Assembly (NCBI GenBank): GCA_050273025.1 | Contig: CP158636.1 | Span: 12,152,001-12,216,000 of the forward strand | Reading direction: 5' to 3' | DNA: 64,000 nucleotides | Source of the DNA: Cenococcum geophilum | Lineage: Eukaryota | Shown here: positions 38,139 through 50,936 of the stretch, one piece after another | Layout: each line of letters starts with the position of its first letter | Position numbering within the stretch: the stretch's first letter is position 1 | Program-made: the position numbers and the translations under genes | Notes under the pieces: model-generated | The model's input: only the letters and a program-made list of their open reading frames with translations | The model's database searches: none | What the model was told of the DNA's origin: nothing

Positions 38139-41100
38139 TAGGTGTAGTTAATGGGTTCTAGGGTCACTTCTACTAATTAGGGCGGGTATTAATTCGCTTT
38201 AGTTCTAAATCTAATAATAGGTAATAAGCCGTAAGTCTTTTATAGTTTGGTAGGTTATTATATAATTACAGTACCTGTTATACCAACCGCGTGCTTACGC
38301 GTTCTGTACACCAACTACGCGTTTACGCGCTCGGTGTACTAACCACCCGCTTACGCGTCTAGTGTACTCCTAAAGCACTGACTAATTAAGGGGAGGTCGC
38401 ATCAGTATATAGACCACGTAGTCTGCTTTAATATAAGAGACAGTCACCATCATCTAAAAGATCATACGATACTATACGTATTTCGTGCCCCTGGATCTAA
38501 CTCACTCGTGCTATTAAGTTAGTACAAATACTAATCAGTAAGCGCGCACAGATCAGCAATTACTCAACACCTCCCCCCGAGCGATACTCAACAGCAACTA
38601 CTTATTTAATCCCAGTACAACCTGCCGGAAGGTTAGAAGGTAAAGGATTACGGACCTATTACTAACTCTGTATACTTATTTAAGTCTTAGTACGGTTTAC
38701 TAGAAGTTTATAGACGCGAATACAGACCTTTACGGAACCCCCTACCCTCCCGTAAACCACTATAGACCTGCTAATTTACTTTACGAACCGTTATAAGACC
38801 TTACGGAAACCCCCTACCCTCCTACAAACCGTTACGGACCTGTTAACCGCCTTTACAGACCACTACAAGACCTTTTCCACCCCGCTACGTACTATACTAT
38901 ACAGCATAGTAGACATAAGCAAGTAAATTAATAAAGGTTAAGAGAAATGGAGCCAAGGAGTTGACCTTACGTCTATAAACGACGTTAATAACTATATTAA
39001 GTTTAAAGTCCTTAAATACGGACATTATAAGCTTATAAATAACGACCTATGGGAGTAATATAAGGAAGACTTTGCAGACTTTACGGAAGCTATTTTTAAG
39101 GCTTGCAGCATTATACCTATCTATAACCTACGAAACCTTTTACGTTACTAAGGTGTATGGGTTAAAAAAGACAAACGAGTTACTATTGTATAGTCCCTGT
39201 ACAATGCACTATATAAGGAAGACCAAACGGAATAGACTAAAGAGGAAATCCTAGACCAGGTCAAGGCCACTAACGAACTCTTTACTTCTTCCAAACTTAA
39301 TAGGATTGCTAGCCTTATACTTAATATACTTAACTAAATTCGTCTAATAAACCTAAGTGTATTTAGAATTAATCTTATAGGCTAAAGCATACCCCATTCT
39401 CAAGCTACGGACCGCAATACCCCTATAACCCAAGTTACGGACTATAACACCCCTATAAACCAAAATACGGACTAAATTACCCCCGTTATTTAAGTCACAG
39501 ATCCGCAAACTATATATCCGCAAACTATATATCCGTAAGCCACATATCCGCAAGCCACAGATCTATAAGTTATAGATCCGCAACCTACCTAAGTAAAGAC
39601 CTACGGTAAGGAGCTAGCTAACCTAGCCAAGCTCTATACCGACGAATCGAAGTACAGCGGTAAAAATAACAATTTTAACTTTAAACTAACTATCTTTACG
39701 GACCTTTGTTAGAAGGCCGATATTCCTAAATAGGAGTTCGGCTAAGCCTACTCTACTATACTGCGCGGCCTAGCCCTTAACTACTACTACACTAACCTTA
39801 AGAGCAACCCCCTTGGTGTTCCATTTAATAAGCTATATAAAGCTACCCATAACTACTTTAAAGGACCGGAATATAGGCGTAATATCCTTACCTAATGGAA
39901 TGCGACTAAGCTACGGACCGTAATTAACAAGAACACTAAAAAATCGACTATAGAGTGCCTGCAAATTCTCATTAAAGACCTCCAGCACCTATAGCACGGC
40001 CTTAACGCTAAGCTTTAAATAGACGACTTCCTATACAACAAACTTATTACGGCTTGCCAGGAAGTAGAGCCCTATAAGTACGCCTATTATAAGCCTGCAG
40101 ACACCTTAGCTGGCCTTATTAATAACCTACGCTTCTCTATTATAATGTACAAAGTCTTAAACCTACTAGGCAGCACTTAAGCCTTTATTACAGATATTTA
40201 ATATCCATAAATAGACTTAGACGTCTACTTTACGGACCGCCGCTATCGCTAGCAGCACCTATACCGACTAAGTCCTACCTATAACCCCCACAGCAACTCC
40301 TATACGAAAATATACCCCCGTAGACAAACCAGCCAGAAGTGCTTTGTGTGCGGTAAGGAAGGATATTAGTCTATAAGGTATACCTAAGAAGAACGCAACA
40401 AGTTTAGGAAGAGACTTAATAGCCGTATTAACCAGTTTATTTTAGAATACAAAAGAAAGGAAGTAGAAGAGCCCCCTGATAAGTTAATAGAAGCCCTTAT
40501 AATTAACTTTAACTTAAATACTTAGGAATAAAAGACCTTAGAGACATTTCTAACCACTTTTAGACCTTTTATAAACAGCTAAGCCTTTAATATTACGACC
40601 GTATTAGCTGACCGTTTCTTCCTACACTTAATTACGCCCAAAAACCATTCCGTAAGTACCCCTATTATAAACATTATAGATTATAAGTAGGACCTATTTG
40701 TATATATTACCACAGAACGCTATACCCCTAAGGAATTCTACGGTGTTATAATCGATATAGATACCTCTAAGAAGTCTACCGCAGGCTATGGATAATACCT
40801 CACATATAGGACCACCACAAATGACAATACGGACATTAATATTACGCAAACTAGGGCCGTAAACGTCTAATTCGGCATTGGCTTAACTGTATTAATTAGA
40901 TTAGTTAAAGTTAAGACTCTAATTAGCCTAGTTAACTTTTACGTAGTAAAAGCGGATACCCCCTTCCTACTCTATCTTGCAGATATAGACAAGTTATAGG
41001 TATACTATAATAATATTACGGACACCCTAATTAGCCCCGTAACTGCCCTAGGAAGTAAGTATATTACCCTACCAATTATATAACGATTTAGACACCCGTT

Positions 41101-42885
41101 CCTTATATAGGGAGAGACTCTACAGACCTATATTTAGGAATCTTTTAACTATAACCTATGCTACCTTACTAGTACTAAAATCTACCGCCTATACCGCCGT
41201 TTTGGCCACCTATTAGCTAAAAAGCTATATAAAGTCCTTAAACGCTCTAGATACGACAACGTTAATAGGAAGGTAATTAACCACCTAACTAAATACTGCT
41301 TCTTTTGCTAGAAATACGGACGTTCCCTAGGCCGATTTAAGTTCACCCTTTATAAGGACCTTAACTTTAACTACTTAGTATATATAGACATTATGTATAT
41401 TAACGGCAGCCCAGTATTATATATAATTAACGAGGCAACCCGCTATTAAGCCGCCCGTTAGTTATAAAATATATCCGCAAAATATACTTAGAATATTTTA
41501 TGGACCTACTGGATTGATATATACCTTAGACCTCTTAAGTATATTACCTACAACGCTAGTAGGAACTTTATTAGCAAGGAATTCTAGCAGTATACTACGG
41601 CTATAGCTATATTAACAAAAGCTATCCTAGTTAAGGTATATTGGTCCGTTAGGCTTATTAAGCGAGCTTACCTAGCCTTATAGAGAGCTTACCAGATTAT
41701 TATAGACGAATATAAGGATATTTAAAAGGAACTGGCTCTATAGATGGCCGTAAAAGCCGTTAATAATACTGCTGGCCCTAATAGACTAGTACCTACCCTC
41801 TTGGTTTATAGAGCCTACCTAAGGATAAGCAACCTAGGCCCTCCTACCCCGTCTATTACGGAACGAGTAGCTATAATATAGAAGGCAATAGCCGAGATAG
41901 TTAAGCTACAGGCTAAATAAACTGTTAATAACGCCTTATATTACCGCAACGGACCTAATACAACCTTAGTATATAACCTTCCGCTTAACTCTAAAGTCCT
42001 TATATAGCGTAAAAGCGGTAGCTAGAATAGACCCTATTGTCTACTAGCCGTAGAAAACGAAACGTGCTGCGTATAGCTTCCTAGCGGGCCAACTAGCTTT
42101 AGAAGCACGTCCGTAAAACCCTACTTTCGGCCTAAAACTACCTTTTTTTTTATTTTTTATTTTTTATATCCGTTGTATTATACTACGTACAATACTGCGC
42201 ATGCAGCCTCTAGGCTATGGCGCTATAGTTCTATATACATGAATCCTTCCTAGGCAGCTTAACATGTACTAGTAGCTAAGTGGACACTCTGGCCCGTTTT
42301 AAATACTAGGGGGAGCTCCTAGCCTATTGGTGTTTTGTCCTGATATCTTGCTTACTATGGTCTAGTTTATGCCAAGAAAATCGCACTAAGGAAATCCTGG
42401 CTCTTTTATCTATTTCTGCCGTATTCTGCCGTTCCTAGAGTAGAAAAAGCGCTCTAAAAGAAAGATTTTTATTAAATAGTTTTGCACTTAAGAATAAGAG
42501 GCGTTACAATAGCTTGCTAGCTTGGAAGCAGCTACCAATTACCCCTAAAGCGACTTTTTATTCTGTACCCTATCTCTTCTCCTTGCTAAAGAAATGGGTA
42601 GGGAATTAGTAATTAATAGGTACTTTCCCCAAAAATAACCTACTAATGGTATTTTATAAGGGCGAACCTCGTTACGTAAACCCACTCCCATAGGAAAATT
42701 TTCACGAAGTTGTCTTGTATAGGGTATAAACACCAATTCGCCTATACACCTTAGATTTAACGTGCTAAAGTAACACGGGCCGGCCCCTTCCCCTCCCCTA
42801 CTATAGCCACCCCTATCTGCGCATCTGCGGTACGCCTATAGTGCGGTATTGTATGGTATGTTGTGGCGGTGGTGGCGGTTGTGGT

Positions 42886-43445
42886 AGAGGTCGTCTGCAG
42901 CGCGATAGCTGTAGATAGGTTGTGGAGGTCGTCTGCAGCGCGATGGCTATAGACAGGTTGTGGAGGTCGTCTGCAGCGCGATGGCTGTAGACAGGTTGTG
43001 GATAGGTCGTCTGCAGCGCGATGGCTGTAGACAGGTTGTGGATAGGTCGTCTGCAGCGTGATGGCTGTAGACAGGTTGTGGAGGTCGTCTGCAGCGCGAT
43101 GGCTGTAGACAGGTTGTGGAGAGGTCGTCTGCAGCGTGATGGCCGTAGACAGGTTGTGGAGGTCGTCTGCAGCGCGACGGCTGTAGACAGGTTGTGGAGA
43201 GGTCGTCTGCAGCGTAATGGCCGTAGACAGGTTGTGGAGAGGTCGTCTGCAGCGCGATGGCCGTAGACAGGTTGGAGAGGGGTCGTCTGCAGCGTGATGG
43301 CTGTAGACTAGTTGTGGTGGAGGTCGTCTGCAGCGTGATGGCTGTAGACTAGTTGTGGTGGAGGTCGTCTGCAGCGTGATGGCTGTAGACTAGTTGTGGT
43401 GGAGGTCGTCTGCAGCGTGATGGCTGCAGACTGGTTGTGGTAGAG
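42886..43445. repeat. Tandem array of 14 x 38-41 bp hairpin-forming units
   Basis: Unit GAGGTCGTCTGCAGCGYGATGGCTGTAGACAGGTTGTG, with internal inverted arms GTCTGCAGC / GCTG(C/T)AGAC. Confidence 0.95.
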
Positions 43446-43497
43446 GTTGCGTCCGGTGACGTGTCCTCAGGGGCTATATAGCCTGCGGCGCCATAGC

Positions 43498-43662
43498 GAC
43501 GACGACGGAGGAGCGAAGGGGGAGACGACGACGGAGGAGCGAAGGGGGAGACGACGACGGAGGAGCGAAGGGGGAGACGACGACGGAGGAGCGAAGGGGG
43601 AGACGACGACGGAGGAGCGAAGGGGGAGACGACGACGGAGGAGCGAAGGGGGAGACGACGAC
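43498..43662. repeat. Perfect tandem array, 6 x 26 bp plus a partial unit
   Basis: Unit GACGACGACGGAGGAGCGAAGGGGGA. Confidence 0.95.
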
Positions 43663-46600
43663 CCTAAAACTACCTATAACGTTAAGCTAGACGAACTAGA
43701 AGCAACTACCGAACTAGATAAACTAGAAGCAACTACCGAATCAAATAAACTAGAAGCACCCTTACCTACCCTAGAAGTCCCCTAGAAACCCACTAAACCT
43801 ACTAAACCTATTGTAAAGCGTGGTTAAGGACGCCCCTAAAAGCACTCTGTAACCAAGAACCCCGTAATAAAGAATTATTTAACCTCCATAGGTATATCCG
43901 CAAGGCAATCTCCGCCTACAGATATATTAGTTCTAGTATAGGAAACCCCTTTTACGGACTTATAACGTAAAGAGATCAACGGACTACTTAAAAAGGGCGT
44001 CTTTGCAGTTATAATAGAGAGAGACGTTCCGCAAGGCGTCCGTATATTTAACTCGCGCTTTATTAATAAAATTAAGTACCCTAGTACCGACAAAGCCTTT
44101 AAAAAGTTAAGGCTTGTTATATAAGCTTATAACGACTAGGGAAAGGACTTAGTCCTTATATAATCGCCTACAATTTAACGAGTTAGCTAACGGATTATAC
44201 TTATACTTACGCCCGGCCTATAGTAAAGCAAACCCGTAGCTCTTTACCTACGGGACATCTTATAAGCCTATATACAATCCAATACCTACCTAAGTAGGGA
44301 CATCTTTATATAACTACCGCTGGAGCTTAATTTATAACCAGAAACAATTTTATAGGTTATAAAACCTCTTTACAGAGTACTAGAAGCTAGAAACCATTGG
44401 TTTAAAACATACCACTAGCACTACATTAGTAAACTTAAAATGGAACAGTCGACCTACGACCCCTACCTCCTATACACCTAATTAAATGGCCTTAGTATCG
44501 TTAGACTCTAAATAGACAATACCCTATTCCTAGCAGACTAGACCTTTATAGACGCTAAAGAAACTAAACTATAAAAGGCTAAGTTCTTAGTAAAGCCGCA
44601 AGAGTAGTTAACTAAGTAGAATCTGATTAAGTTTAATAGAGGCCTAATTATATAAAAGGGCAACCTAATTAAGCTAACTTAGGAACGCTAAGCTTAAAAC
44701 CTAAAGCCCGTTACAGCAAAGCCTACGGACCTTACTAGCTCCCATAGAGAGACCCGTAAAACCGTAAATATAAAGGACTAATACGCTGCATAGCGTATAA
44801 GAGGTGCCTATATTACCACAGTCTACTAACCCAAATCTGCCTACGATTTATCCTTTACGGCCCAGGCAGTAGATCCGTAAGAAAAAAATATTAAGCAGCT
44901 TAATAAGCGCATTTAGTAGCAAATTAATAATGCAGTAAGGGGACTTACTTTTATACCACTAGACCTAAGTTCCTTTAGCTTACTAGCATTTATAGACGCC
45001 TCCTTTGCTAATAATAAAGACCTATTATTACAAATTGGCTTTATAATTGTACTTACGGACCGCAATTAGGACGCAAATATACTGCACTAGTCTTTAATTA
45101 AGTGTAAATAAGTAACCTAAAGTATACTAGCTTCTAAACTATATGCACTAGCCTATGGCTTTAATATAGCAGCCGCAATTAAATTAACAGTCTAGAAGAT
45201 TCTACAATTAGAGCAGTTACCCCTGGTTTTATGCACCGATTTAAAGTCCCTTTACGACTGCCTAGTTAAGCTAGGTACAACATAGGAGAAGAGGCTTATG
45301 GTCGACCTAATGTGCTTACGTTAAGCCTATAAATGACGTAAGATTACGGAGGTTAAATGGATCAGCAGCGGAGACAACCTAGCGGACGCTATAACTAAGG
45401 CAAAGCTATGTCAAGCCCTTAAAACCCTAATCGACACAAATAGGCTCAACCTAAAAGTTATAAAATGGGTAGAACGTGACTAACGGAGCACTTACGGTTC
45501 ATTTGCGGCCCGTCGGAAGGCCGCATAGTTTATTTACGGCCCGTTAGAAGGCTGTATAAGTTTACTTTACGGACCATAAGCAGGACTTACGGCTAGCTCA
45601 AAGCACCGTCTTGAAGGCAGCCTAGAAGGCACCTTGGGAGGGATTTCCTATGTATTTCTTTTGTGTTTTATAGTTCTATTAAAACAATTACGGAGGCTGT
45701 ATACAGGTGGTTTCATTTTTTAAGTACCGCTAGTGTATAATTACAGCACCTGTTATACTAACCGCGTGCTTACGCGTTCGGTACACCAACTACGCGTTTA
45801 CGCGCTCGGTGCACCAACCACCTGCTTACGCGTCTAGTGCACTCCTGAAGCACTAACTAATTAGGGGGAGGTCGCATCAGTATATAGACTACGTAGTCTG
45901 CTTTAATATAAGAGACAGTCACCATCATCCAAAAGAGCATACGATACTATACGTATTTCGTGCCCCTGGATCTGACTCACTCGTGCTATTAAGTTAGTAC
46001 GAACAGTTATTTAAGGTTATTATAATTTTCTCTTACAGCCTAATTATTAGTTTATTATATAGGTCCAATTAGTAATTTTTAAGGGGAACCTAGCCTTCTC
46101 CTATAAGGTATAGGAATTAAGTTTAAAACTTAGCAAAGGGTTAGTTTAGTTTTATTATTAGGCGATTATAGTTATACCGGGCATTCTATACTTTATTTAG
46201 GTTAATATAAATAGTAGCTAGGTACCGTATTATCTCGTTAATAGATATAAATTAGATAGGGGACTTATCCTTAAACTTGGCTTAAAGGTGCCGTTGGGCG
46301 TCCCTAGTGGTTCGACTAAAGAGGTAGAGTATTTTAGCTTCTTTAGAAAGGAAATAGTTATAATTAACGCGGAGCTTTCCTTGTACTTAAATCCTCTAAT
46401 TCTTAAAGGTAGGGTCTATCCCGTTAAATAGTAGTAGGGGGTTAAGGAGCTTAACGGACTTTAATTACTTCGTTATTATATCCATACTCCCTAGTATATC
46501 GCACTTAGTAGAGTAAATAGGTCAGCTAGGGCTTTAAGAAGGGGAAGCTAGGCTATTTTATAGGGCTGTAAGGCTTTCTAGGATCTCTTATAGAGTCTCT

Positions 46601-49600
46601 TATATATTCTTTACCTTTAGATAATTAGCTTTCTAGTTAGCTATAAGGGCGCGAATCTACTCGCGTATGTCTATAACGTTATTATTATCTTTAATTTCTA
46701 ATCCTAATTAGATCTTAGGTTCCTCTTAAGTAGAGGCAGCTCTCTTAGATAAGCTAGCTTTAGGTACCATTATTAGCTTCCTAGGGTTTATTAATATTAT
46801 ACGCTTCGGTTTTAATTCTAGGGGTATAGGTCTAGTCCTATCTAGCTTATAAGGTGGGATATTATCTAGGCCTTTCCAGGCAATGTAGAGTTGTTTTAGT
46901 GTCTAAGTATAGCGCGTTGACGCATTATTACAGACGAAGTTTCTTTTAGGGTAGGATATTATTAAGGCCTTCCCAGGCAATATAGGGTGAGCTTAGTATA
47001 ATATTACGGCTTATATAAATGCCTCTAAACTAAGGCTTGTAGAATGCTATATTACGAAGATACTAAGCTAAGGAGAAGAGGAGAGGTATGTATAGGAGGT
47101 AGAGGCGTAACATATACACGTTATAACGCCAAGTCCTTAGCCGAACCCCTAACTAGGCTCCCCGTCCAGGTTACGCGTTACGGTGCCGTAATAGAAAGGG
47201 GTATCCGCTTTTACTACGTAGAAGTTAACTAGGCTAATTAGAGTCTTAACTATAACTAATCTAATTAATACGGTTAAGCTAATGCTAAATTAGACGTTTA
47301 CGGCCCCAGTTTACATAGTATTAATGTCTATATTATTATTTATAGTGGTCTTATATATAAGGTATTGTCTATAACCTATAGTAAACTTCTTAAAGGCACC
47401 TATATCGATTATAACGCTATAGAATTCTTTAGGGGTATAGGGTTCTATAGTAATATATGCAAATAGGTCTTATTTATAGTCCGTAACGTCTATAATAAGT
47501 CTAATAAGTATACTTATAAGTTAGTTTTTAGGTGTAATTAAGTGTATAAAGGAGCGGTTGGCTAATATAGTTGTAATATTAAAGGCTTAGCCGTCCGTAA
47601 AAGGTCTAAAAGTAGTTAGAAATATCTCTAAGGTCTTCTATTTTAAGTATTTAAGTTAAAGTTAATTATAAGAGCTTCTATTAACTTGTTAAGAGACTCC
47701 TTTACTCCCTCTCCTTTATAGTTTAAGATAAACTAATTAATCCGACTATTAAATCTCTTCTTAAACTTATTATATTCTTCCTAGGTATACCTTATAAACT
47801 AATATCCTTTCTTACCGTATATAAAGCACTTCTAACTAGTTTATCTATGGGGGTATACTTTTATATAGGAGTTGCTGTAGGGGTTATAGGTAGGACTTAG
47901 TTGGTACAGGTACTGCTAGCGGTAGCGGCGGTCCGTAAAGTAGGCATCTAAGTTAGTTTATAGGTTTTATAGGTCTGTAATAAAGGCTTAAGTACTACTT
48001 AGTGGTTTTAAAACTTTATATATTGTAATAGAGGACCGTAAATTGTTAATAAGGCCAGTTAAGATATTTATAGGCTTATAATAGGCGTATTTATAGGGTT
48101 CCACTTTCTAGTAGGCTATAATAAGTTTATTATATAGGAAGTCGTCTGTTTAAAGCTTAGTATTAAGGCCGTGCTATAGGTGTTAAAGGTATTTAATAAG
48201 AATTTGTCCGTAACTTAATCGCATTTTATTATATAAGGATATTACGCTTATATTCTAGCCCTTTAAAGTAGTTTTATATAGCTTTATATAGCTTATTAAA
48301 GGGAACACTAAGGGGGTTACTCTTAAGGTTAGTATAATAGTAGTTAAGGGCTAGGCCGCGCAGTATAGTAGAATAAGCTTAGCTAAATTCCTATTTAGGA
48401 ATATTAGCCTTCTAATAAAGGTTCGTAAAGATAGTTAGTTTAAAGTTAAAGTTATTATTTTCACCGCTATACTTAGATTTATCGGTATAGAGCTTAGCTA
48501 GGTTAGCTAGCTCCTTACTATAGGTTTTTACTTAGGTAGTTTACGGATCTATAACTTAAGTAATAAAAGGGTTTTGGTCCGTATTTTAGTTTATAGGGGT
48601 ATTATAGTTTATAACTTAAGTACTAGGTATACTTTAGCCTATAAGATTAATTCTAAGATCTCTTTAGTTTATAGGACGAATTTAGTTAAATAGGTCGTCT
48701 ATAAAACTAGAAATCCTATTAAGTTCAAAAGAGGTAAAAAGTCTACTAGTTTTAATATAATCTAATATCTACTCTTTAGTCTATTTTATTTAGTCCTCCT
48801 TACGTAATATATTATATAGAGACCGTATAATAGTAACTTATTTATCCTTTTTAACCTATATACCTTAGTAATATAAGAGGGTTTATAGGTTATGGGTAGC
48901 TATAAGGTTATAAGCCTTAAAGATAGCTTCTGTAAAGTCTATAAAGTCTTTCTTATATTATTTCTATAGATCGTTATTTAGAAGCTTAAAGTGTCTATAT
49001 TTAAGAATTTTAAAATTAATATAGTTATTAACGCCGTTTATAGACGTAAGGTTAACTCCCTAACTCTACTTCTTTTAACCTTCGTTAATTTGCTTACTTA
49101 TATCTGCTATATTATATAGTATAGTATATCTATATAAGCTGTAACGGGTTAAAAGGAGCTTATAGCGGGTGGAGGAGGTCTTATAACGGTCTGTAAAAGT
49201 AATTAATAGGTCTATAATAGTTTATATAAGGGCAGAGAGTTCTATAAAGGTCTATATTTATATTTATAAACTTCTAATAAACTATACTAAGACTTAAATA
49301 AGTATATAGAGATAGTAATATAGTCTATAATCCCCAACTTCCGACCTTCTAGTAGGTCGTACTAGGATTTAAACGGGTAGTCACTATCGTATATTGCTTA
49401 GGGGGAGGTATTAAGTAATTACTAATCTGTGCGCGCTTACTAATTAGTATTTATATTAACTTAATAATATAAGTAAGTTATATCCAAGGGCATAAAATAC
49501 GTATAGTATTATATACTCTTTTAGATAATAGTAACTATCGATTCTATTTAGGTAGACTACGTAGTCTATATACTAACGCGCCCTCCCCCTAATTAGTTAG

Positions 49601-49785
49601 TACTTTATAAGCAAATAGTTAGTACATTAAATGCGTAAATACGCGTTTGGTATACCAGGTGCTATAATTATATAATAAGATAATCCTAAATTTAAGGATA
49701 ATTAAATATAAGTAGAGCACGTATATAAGGACTTATAGCTTAACGGAAGGTAATATCCTATAGAATCGTCTAATTAATATAGGCT

Positions 49786-50936
49786 AAGAACACCAAAATC
49801 GAGATCCGACCCATACTGTCCTATGGGGGCTCTTTTCCGTCTCATCTTGTCCGTACGGTCAAGCTGAGAGTGAGGATCTCGTCTGCTACTGATGCAGCGG
49901 CGTTACGTCGTGGCTACAGGGCGCTTTCGAATGCGTCGCCCTCGACGCCGTCAGAACAGCAGAGTTTTCGCGGGTCTTGGCGCCAAGACCTAGTCAACAA
50001 CACGGGCAAGACGACTCCATAAAATCGACCTCTGCACCTCCACGCGGTGGAGCCCGGGAACCTAGTATGCAGCTATTGGCGTTCCATCTGGATCGTGCCA
50101 ATAGACTACTAGAGCAAACGCAGAGACGTGCGTACGGCTGCGCAGCGCCGGCGCTGCGACGTGGTAGTGCAAAGAAGTCTCTGCTGGGAGGGTGAGCCCC
50201 AGCGGAAGCCTATAAGTTCTACTACGTCTTCACGTATTCGTTCCGGTACACCTGAAGCACGGCTTTAAACGGCGTCCCCCCTCTACCTCCTATACGAATA
50301 CCTACACGACCGAACGAGCCGCATGCGGCGACCGACGAGCCGCGAACGGCGACCGAACGAGCCGTACACGGCGACCGAACGACGAACCCCATACGCCAAA
50401 GGAGGTCTGTGATGAGCCTCTCATTCCCCACTCTACCCGACGGCCTGGACTTACCCACGCGGTATTTTGTCTCCCTCTACGTCTCGAAAACCAGCTAGGC
50501 GCAGGCGATAGGATGTAGGGGACCTAGGTTGGGGCCCTAGGACAAGACACCTAGTATATTCGTCCCGCTGTTCCTTTGGGGTGGAAATCACGCTGCAAGC
50601 AGGAGGACTATAGGCGTATGCACGCTAGGGTATTCGAATAGGAGCGAAAGGGTAGGATTACATTATTTTTACGGCAATTATTATATCTCTATCAGGAAGC
50701 ATGGTACGAAAGGCAGACAGGGCAAGATAGGCAATCAGGACACCCCCGTACGGGGGTCTCAGAGCAGCGACCTAAAGGTATTTTTCCTCCCGTTGACGTA
50801 GTACGGGCGTGCTACCTGGAGGGGTACACTCTGTATTACCACTCACGTTCGCCTTGGAGGTTTTTTGTATCTATATCACGGCAGTAGTCTGCATGGACCT
50901 TAATTGGGACCGCATCAGACGTTAAATAAGAATCAA
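49786..50936 (+). mobile_element. Apparently full-length non-coding SINE-like retroposon (~1150 bp) with structured head
   Basis: 15-bp TSD TAATTAATATAGGCT at 49771-49785 and 50937-50951. Head shared with 30522; body and 3' end shared with 28672-29686. Confidence 0.87.

Larger units (their letters stand above)
42144..43662 (-). mobile_element. Non-coding poly(A)-tailed retroposon (~1.5 kb) with two internal tandem arrays
   Basis: 13-bp TSD CCTAAAACTACCT at 42131-42143 and 43663-43675. Poly-T on plus at ~42143-42165 (poly-A on minus). Interrupts the Copia pol. Confidence 0.85.
38259..46005 (+). mobile_element. Full-length Ty1/Copia LTR retrotransposon (RIP-degraded) nested in the Gypsy gag
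   Basis: 272-bp LTRs at 38259-38530 and 45734-46005. TSD GTTAT. gag zinc knuckle (KCFVCGKEG ~40337), integrase, RT and RNase H (ADA.TK-like ~45382) relics. Confidence 0.92.
33423..47193 (-). mobile_element. Ty3/Gypsy chromovirus (RIP-degraded; same internal family as 7677-13857) nested in the Copia
   Basis: LTRs at 33423-33614 and 47002-47193. TSD GAAAG. PPT next to 33615. Removing it restores the Copia reading VVKADTPFLLC. Confidence 0.9.
27968..49674 (-). mobile_element. Ty1/Copia LTR retrotransposon (RIP-degraded) inserted in the hAT, itself carrying nested elements
   Basis: LTRs at 27968-28194 and 49448-49674. TSD ATAAG at 27963-27967 and 49675-49679. The interior is a reverse-complement relative of the Copia at 38259-46005. 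Confidence 0.88.

Noticed and set aside
42886..43445. CRISPR-like array of palindromic ~38-bp repeats
   Set aside because: Units are head-to-tail with no unique spacers, there are no cas genes, and the context is eukaryotic, inside a TSD-flanked retroposon.
43021..43785. Repetitive ORFs (AVDRLWRGRLQRDG..., SEGGDDDGGAK...) as a multi-core RiPP precursor
   Set aside because: Unit lengths (38-41 and 26 bp) mostly shift frame, there is no signal peptide, and the ORFs run across a TE junction.
49786..49960. Hammerhead ribozyme, tRNA or 5S rRNA gene in the retroposon head
   Set aside because: No CUGANGA/GAAA core on either strand, no cloverleaf or conserved B box in both copies, and only patchy 5S resemblance. 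Left as an unclassified structured RNA.
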